From a bacterium (GTDB lineage Bacteria > Zhuqueibacterota > Zhuqueibacteria > Residuimicrobiales > Krinioviventaceae), in assembly GCA_963675755.2 (NCBI GenBank), contig CAXXMD010000002.1, forward strand, positions 1,376,001 through 1,440,000: a stretch of DNA of 64,000 bases. The letters run 5' to 3'. The position numbers and the translations under genes were made by a program. A model generated the notes under the pieces. That model saw only the letters and a program-made list of their open reading frames with translations, searched no databases and had not been told where the DNA came from. This document shows, piece after piece, positions 58,580 to 64,000 of this stretch. The stretch's first letter is position 1, and every line of letters begins with the position of its first letter.

Positions 58580-61285
58580 TTAAAAAAGCTCAGCAATACC
58601 TTCGGAAAGGAAATGATAGCTACCGGATTCAAGTTCAAATATTGCAATTTCACCTTGCATTTCTATAAAATGTACACCACCAGATTGTTCAACAGGTAGC
58701 ATATTCTCCTTGACCTCATCGATACTAAATGCAGGTAAATGCAATTCCGCGGTTGTATTTGCGGGTATGGTCACATCCAGAACCAAATCATTGTCACGGA
58801 TTTTCCAACTTGACTCGATTCGACCATACAATGATGTATAATGCGAATTGACATACTGAATGATCTTGTTAGGTTGTGGTTTGATGAGTATCTTTTTAAA
58901 TCCTGCTTCAGCGTTATCTATACCCGCCATAACCGCAAACATCCATTCACAAACAGAACCAAAGGCATAATGACTGAATGAATTCATACCATCCGGATTA
59001 AACCCGCCATCTATGGTATAACTGTTCCAGCGTTCCCAAATTGTGGTAGCGCCGTTTACAACCGAATAGCCCCATGAGGGGAAATCTGTATTCACAAGCA
59101 GTTGATAAGCAAGATCTGTATATCCGAAACGGGTCAACGAGGGCAAAAGATGTTTAACCCCCAGAAAACCGGTTGCCAGATTACCATTATTTTCTTTAAT
59201 CAAATCAGCAAGATACTTTGCAGCCCTTGCCTCTTGCTCTGGATCCAGCAAACCGAAATACAATGCCAATGTATAACTGGTTTGTGTATGTTCAGAGATT
59301 CGACCATTACTGGCCACATATTTATCTTTGAATGCCAGACGGATTTTTTCAAAAAGATCAGTGTAATATTGGATATCACTATCTTTACCCAAAACAGCAG
59401 CAATTTCAGTCATCAACTTGACATCATAGGCATAAAACGCAGTGGCCAAATAATCAAGCGAGGTTTGTGCACCAATCGCCAGCCAGTCACCCCAGTCATT
59501 TTCATTTGCCGTCAGCAGGTATCCATTAGAGCGATTGTTCAAATATTCTATAAATTTTCGCATTGCCGGATACATGTACTCGAGCAGACGTTTATCTCCA
59601 TACATCTGATAGATAACCCAGGGTACGATAACTCCGGCATCTACCCATCCTGATGCCTGTTCTTTTTTGAATACAAATGAATACGGCGCCCAATCGGTAA
59701 AGATTCCATCCTCTTTTTGGGCATCTACCAGATCAACCAACCATTTGCGCATAAAAGATGCAATATTTGCATTATAAGCTGCGGAGCGGACATAAATTTG
59801 TGCATCTCCACTCCATCCACAACGTTCATCTCGTTGGGGACAATCTGTTGGCACTTCAAAGAAATTGGAACGCTGTGTCCACAAAATATTGCTGTATAAT
59901 TGGTTTACCATATCATCTGAACAATCCAGTCGTCCGGCAGGTTGAATATCAGAATTTACAATAATACCGGTTACGGTATGTTCATCCGGGACAAATGACA
60001 AGCCGCGTACCTCAACATACTGAAAACCGTGATATGTGAAACGTGGCTGCCAGAGTTCAGTACCATTTCCATTCAAAATATAAGTATCCGTTGCTCTTGC
60101 AAATCGCAGGTTCTCTGTCATTAAACTTCCATCAGGATGGAGCATTTCACCATAACGGATTACAATCTTGCTGCCAGCCTCACCGGATACTTTGATGCGT
60201 GCAAAACCTGCAAAATTTTGTCCCATATTAAAAAGGTACACACCTTTTTCAGGCTCGGTTATTTCAATGGGTGTCATCTCTCCGGTTCTGCGCACAGGTA
60301 CCGTAGGATATCCTTGTAAAACACCTTTTGCAGGTTCAATAAGATCAACCGGTTTCCAGGTTTTCTCAATATATCCCGCGTGGTTCCAGCCTAAAAGTTC
60401 GCTGCAGGCGTCATACGTTTCGCCCATGAACAGGTCCGCTTCTTTAATCGGGCCTATGGCAGACGTCCATGACGAATCAGAACAAATGACCTGCTTCTCC
60501 CCATTTTCCAGCTCCACCTCCAGTTGACACAGCAACGCAGGGGTATCACCATATTGATTACGGGGATTGGGGATATTTTGATCCAGACAAAAGCCTACAT
60601 AACCGGCATACCAACCGTCAGCAAGAATGGCACCCAGGGCATTTTCGCCTTTGAACAAAAGGTGCGTCACATCAAAGGTGTGATAATAGATACGCTTGTT
60701 GTAATCTGTCCAACCCGGCACAAACATCCGGTTACCGACTTTGTCACCATTGATAGACGGTTCAACCAGTCCCAGTGCGGTAACATACAATGTAGCCTGA
60801 ACCGGATTTTCATCGAGTTCAAAGGTTTTCCTCAAATACGGGCTGGGCGGTAATCTTAGATCTTTGCCGCGAAATTCAGCAGGATAGTCGTCCAAATTCC
60901 GGTTCCGGCCTATCCATTGGGCCTGCCAGTCATTTTTTCCCAGCAATCCCATGGACCACATGTTAATATCACTCCAGGGTGACCATGTATCATTTTTGTC
61001 CCAAATTCTGACCTGCCAATAACAGTGCATGCGGGATTTCAAAGGTTTTCCCTTGTATGGAACAAGCACACACTGATCACTCGTTACTTTACCGGAATCC
61101 CAGAGATCAGCAAAGTCCCGTTTCAACAAATCCTGACCGGAAGCCACACGAATCTGGTACGCGGTCTGTTTTTGACCGCGTTGTTCAGATTCAACAATCC
61201 AGCTCAAACCTGGTTGAGTAATATCGATCCCAAGAGGATTATCGAGGTACTCACAGGTCAGTTTACTAACACGAACATCTGTCAT
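58580..61285 (-). CDS. GH78 alpha-L-rhamnosidase
   Basis: WDSGKV, MGQNFAG, PRFTYHGFQY, PTDCPQRDER.GWSGD, GATTIWERW and MNSFSHY motifs; no signal peptide. Confidence 0.93.
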   Translation of the reverse strand: MTDVRVSKLTCEYLDNPLGIDITQPGLSWIVESEQRGQKQTAYQIRVASGQDLLKRDFADLWDSGKVTSDQCVLVPYKGKPLKSRMHCYWQVRIWDKNDTWSPWSDINMWSMGLLGKNDWQAQWIGRNRNLDDYPAEFRGKDLRLPPSPYLRKTFELDENPVQATLYVTALGLVEPSINGDKVGNRMFVPGWTDYNKRIYYHTFDVTHLLFKGENALGAILADGWYAGYVGFCLDQNIPNPRNQYGDTPALLCQLEVELENGEKQVICSDSSWTSAIGPIKEADLFMGETYDACSELLGWNHAGYIEKTWKPVDLIEPAKGVLQGYPTVPVRRTGEMTPIEITEPEKGVYLFNMGQNFAGFARIKVSGEAGSKIVIRYGEMLHPDGSLMTENLRFARATDTYILNGNGTELWQPRFTYHGFQYVEVRGLSFVPDEHTVTGIIVNSDIQPAGRLDCSDDMVNQLYSNILWTQRSNFFEVPTDCPQRDERCGWSGDAQIYVRSAAYNANIASFMRKWLVDLVDAQKEDGIFTDWAPYSFVFKKEQASGWVDAGVIVPWVIYQMYGDKRLLEYMYPAMRKFIEYLNNRSNGYLLTANENDWGDWLAIGAQTSLDYLATAFYAYDVKLMTEIAAVLGKDSDIQYYTDLFEKIRLAFKDKYVASNGRISEHTQTSYTLALYFGLLDPEQEARAAKYLADLIKENNGNLATGFLGVKHLLPSLTRFGYTDLAYQLLVNTDFPSWGYSVVNGATTIWERWNSYTIDGGFNPDGMNSFSHYAFGSVCEWMFAVMAGIDNAEAGFKKILIKPQPNKIIQYVNSHYTSLYGRIESSWKIRDNDLVLDVTIPANTTAELHLPAFSIDEVKENMLPVEQSGGVHFIEMQGEIAIFELESGSYHFLSEGIAELF

Positions 61286-61467
61286 GAAGCTGTATCATCC
61301 TTTTTCTTTTGCATCCAAAACGGAGCGGTTAAAAACCACAAAAACATACCCGCCAGCATCAGTTGTGCATGCAGGTCCCAGGAAATAACCTGTTTAAATA
61401 CAAAAAAAGAGGGTAATATAGTCAAAGCCAGACCTATGTATGACAATACCATTAATAAAGTTCTCAT
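61282..61467 (-). CDS. small two-TM membrane protein
   Basis: 61 aa with two hydrophobic helices; fills the gap between the transporter and GH78 genes and overlaps the GH78 start. Confidence 0.7.
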   Translation of the reverse strand: MRTLLMVLSYIGLALTILPSFFVFKQVISWDLHAQLMLAGMFLWFLTAPFWMQKKKDDTAS

Positions 61468-61470
61468 AGC

Positions 61471-62907
61471 CTAGGCCTCCACGGTTTTGTTAAGATTAGT
61501 ACTTTTAACACCAAACAGACCATATTTCTGTTCCAATGCGCTGAATGTAATATAAAAGATCACAGTAATGAACCAGCCGGGAAGTGCCAGAAAATAGATT
61601 TCAAGGCTGTATTTAAAATACAAATAGAGACACACTGCCAGTGATCCTCCCCATGCAAGCGCAGAAGGAATACTGAACATTTTATTCATCAATTCAGCAT
61701 AGTTGCTTTTTAATCCAATTTTGGGGAACACCCAGAAATCGATAAAAATAAATGCGCCAACCGGCATAAAAATAAGGCCATAAAGCGCAACAACTTCGGT
61801 TAAACGGTTTACAACCGCGGGAAACATGGCAATAATAGTTGTTGCAGTACCGGCAACCAGGGTCACTTTCCAGCGTTTCCAGTCCGGAGTAGCTACCTGG
61901 AATGCCAAACCTGCACGGTACAGGGTAGGATTCGCAGTAGTCCATCCGGCAACTACAACCGTTACAGCGCCAACAACACCTGCGCCTAATAATGCAATGG
62001 GTCCGGGAGCAATACTATTATTGGGATTAATAGCAAGTGCAGCGGCACATAATATACCAGATGAAACCCAGGCTACATAATGCCCCAGGAACATTCCAAA
62101 AGCGGATGCAAAACCATAGGTCCATTTTTTAGCATAACGGAACAGCGTCATATCTGACATACCAATATGCTGGTGAAGATTACACAACCATGAGAAAAAG
62201 ATTACATGCCAAATGGTAAATTTGGATTGGCCGGCAACTACATTACCGGTCCAAATTTTTTCATTGGCAACGGACCAGAAATCAGAAAGAGAAGTAACAC
62301 CCAGCTTTGGCAATACCGCAAAAGCAGATGCCACAAAGACCAGAAACATCCAGGGTGCACTGACTTTGGCAAACTTGGCCAGTTTTTCAAAACCTAAAAT
62401 CGCAAGTAATGAAACGACAGTTCCAACAACAAATACAACTACAACCCATGTTACACTTGTGGGCATGGTATCGGTCAGTTTGGGCATGGGCATATTAAAA
62501 GGCAGCCCTACAGCTGTTGCCGAAACGGTAACCATAGCCCCGGCAAGCAGACACAAGATTAATGCGTATAAAATTCCGTAAATAAAAGTTAAATATGGTC
62601 CACAAATTTTTCGGATCTGCCAGTATACGGTCAAGCGGGTTCTGACTGCGATTGGAGCGCAATACAATGCCCAACTTAAAACTGCAAGAATATTACCAAT
62701 TATCAGACCGATAAACAGGTCGGGTGCGGTTACGCCATGAACAACAAACAAGGGTCCCAGCACAAATTCTGTTCCGGCAATATGTTCACCGGAAAACATT
62801 GCAATAAAATTAGATGCCCCCTGCAACTTGTTTTTTGACACCGGCTCACGGTCAAATTCATACAAACCGTCAAGCCGCTTGATCAATCCACCTTTTTCTT
62901 TACTCAA
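61471..62907 (-). CDS. NCS1/cytosine-permease-like secondary transporter
   Basis: About 12 TM helices; GEHIAGTEF, GNILAVLSW, FRYAK and GWTTANPTLY motifs. Confidence 0.75.
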   Translation of the reverse strand: MSKEKGGLIKRLDGLYEFDREPVSKNKLQGASNFIAMFSGEHIAGTEFVLGPLFVVHGVTAPDLFIGLIIGNILAVLSWALYCAPIAVRTRLTVYWQIRKICGPYLTFIYGILYALILCLLAGAMVTVSATAVGLPFNMPMPKLTDTMPTSVTWVVVVFVVGTVVSLLAILGFEKLAKFAKVSAPWMFLVFVASAFAVLPKLGVTSLSDFWSVANEKIWTGNVVAGQSKFTIWHVIFFSWLCNLHQHIGMSDMTLFRYAKKWTYGFASAFGMFLGHYVAWVSSGILCAAALAINPNNSIAPGPIALLGAGVVGAVTVVVAGWTTANPTLYRAGLAFQVATPDWKRWKVTLVAGTATTIIAMFPAVVNRLTEVVALYGLIFMPVGAFIFIDFWVFPKIGLKSNYAELMNKMFSIPSALAWGGSLAVCLYLYFKYSLEIYFLALPGWFITVIFYITFSALEQKYGLFGVKSTNLNKTVEA

Positions 62908-62951
62908 AGTACACTCCTGTAGATTGGGTTATATTGTTATAAAGTTAGTCT

Positions 62952-64000
62952 TTATTTAAGCTGTCCGGGTATACTAAAATCCTTAGAGGCATCATCCAGC
63001 ACCAGTACCCAGTCATTGCCTTCCGCTTTTTCACCCGGAGGATCAAAGCTATGGGTTCCACTATTATCGAGTTCGCCAATCAACTCGGCTTTTCCATCGC
63101 GGGGACTATACCACCATGCCTTTACCTTATCACCGGAAATTTTTCCCATTGCAACATCAAAGGTACGTCCTGTATAGGTATAAAAATACCGCATAACTGT
63201 TACCACGGGTTGCAATGACATAGTCATATTTTTCACCGTTTTCACCGGTAACCAGTGACTGATCAGGAACACGATCAAAATAAGGACGAGACAGGAACAA
63301 ATTCTTAACGTATTGCATTTGTCCTGCACCAGGATCATTTATAGCTTCATACCAGTATTCTTTAGCTCCATACGATGCTCTGGGGTATTCGGGTTTGTGC
63401 ATCTGCATGACCGAACTGTTTCCATAAGTATGCCCGCAAGCACCCGCACAAAGATCCCACCAGGCATAACGACGTACGTCTTTGGCTTCCCAAAATGGTT
63501 CATTGGGATCATGAAGTCCCTGTGGTATACCTTCATAAGAGGGTTCACCATCCAATGTAGGTTTGACAGGCTTTAAATCATAGTCATTTTTGACATATCG
63601 CCAGCTGTCTTCGCCCCAGGGATTGGAACCATCGTCGTTTTTGGTCATATCTTCTGTGACCGGATTGAAACATGTTAAAATCAAGCCAGGATTCATTATG
63701 GAACCAGGTTGACGAGTTTGTACGTCCAAACGGATGAAAAGTAACCAGATGGTTTGGATCTTTGGTTTTGAATATGGTTCCCATAGTATTCCATACATCC
63801 AAGCCATCTGAACCTTGAATGTCTCCACCGGTAATCCAGATAATATTGGGTTTATCTTTGTAACGTTCCACAAGAAAATTGGCATAAGATTCAATATTGC
63901 TCATATTGATCTTGCCGGATTTGACAATACTGCCCCAACTTGCAACCATACCAATATAGATATCGTTTTCCGCTGCCTTGTCTACAATATAATCCACATG
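62952..64000 (-). pseudogene. GH140 apiosidase-like (DUF4038 + collagen-binding-like domain), 5'-truncated by window edge, with two frameshifts
   Basis: Three ORF fragments join into one protein: W..GGD, TFHP.G, WLDFNMFQSGH, KPTLDGEPSYE, GHTYG and WWYSPR.G...DWVL. Frameshifts fall in 5-nt homopolymers at 63638-63642 and 63182-63186. May be sequencing error rather than a true pseudogene. Confidence 0.75.

Noticed and set aside
59102-59653. 183-aa plus-strand ORF
   Set aside because: Antisense to the GH78 catalytic domain.
1-64000. rRNA, tRNA, riboswitch, IS, prophage or defence system
   Set aside because: No such signatures were recognised by eye, and almost all sequence is explained by metabolic CDSs. 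A covariance-model scan was not possible.

Overview
Bacterial chromosomal segment with no rRNA, tRNA, CRISPR array or mobile element visible. AGGAG-type ribosome-binding sites, TTGACA-17-TAnnnT promoters and proteins with FlgD/T9SS-type C-terminal tails suggest a non-Bacteroidota FCB-group anaerobe such as KSB1 or Calditrichota; this is an inference. Bases 1-25.5 kb hold housekeeping and energy genes: an ArcE-like ATPase-carbamate kinase-2-oxoacid:ferredoxin oxidoreductase operon, dusB, two secreted CTD proteins and thiI. They also hold a TetR-etfBA-membrane Fe-S oxidoreductase unit divergent from a FadL-like porin (four shared operator-like sites), a lipoprotein/TonB receptor pair, two exported peptidases behind an ECF-type promoter, and an RNA methyltransferase. 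Bases 25.6-64 kb form one minus-strand cluster of about 38 kb that looks like a rhamnogalacturonan-II/apiogalacturonan utilisation locus. It contains GH140-, GH143-, GH78-, PL1- and PL11-like enzymes, esterases, several uncharacterised glycosidase-fold proteins and a probable apiose ABC/isomerase/kinase/transketolase module. The most notable part is a GH143-linked aldolase/Fe-dehydrogenase/DUF1537 kinase/PdxA2/SSS unit, whose chemistry fits a complete catabolic route for the rare sugar Dha via D-threonate. All family calls come from motif recognition by eye; no searches were run.
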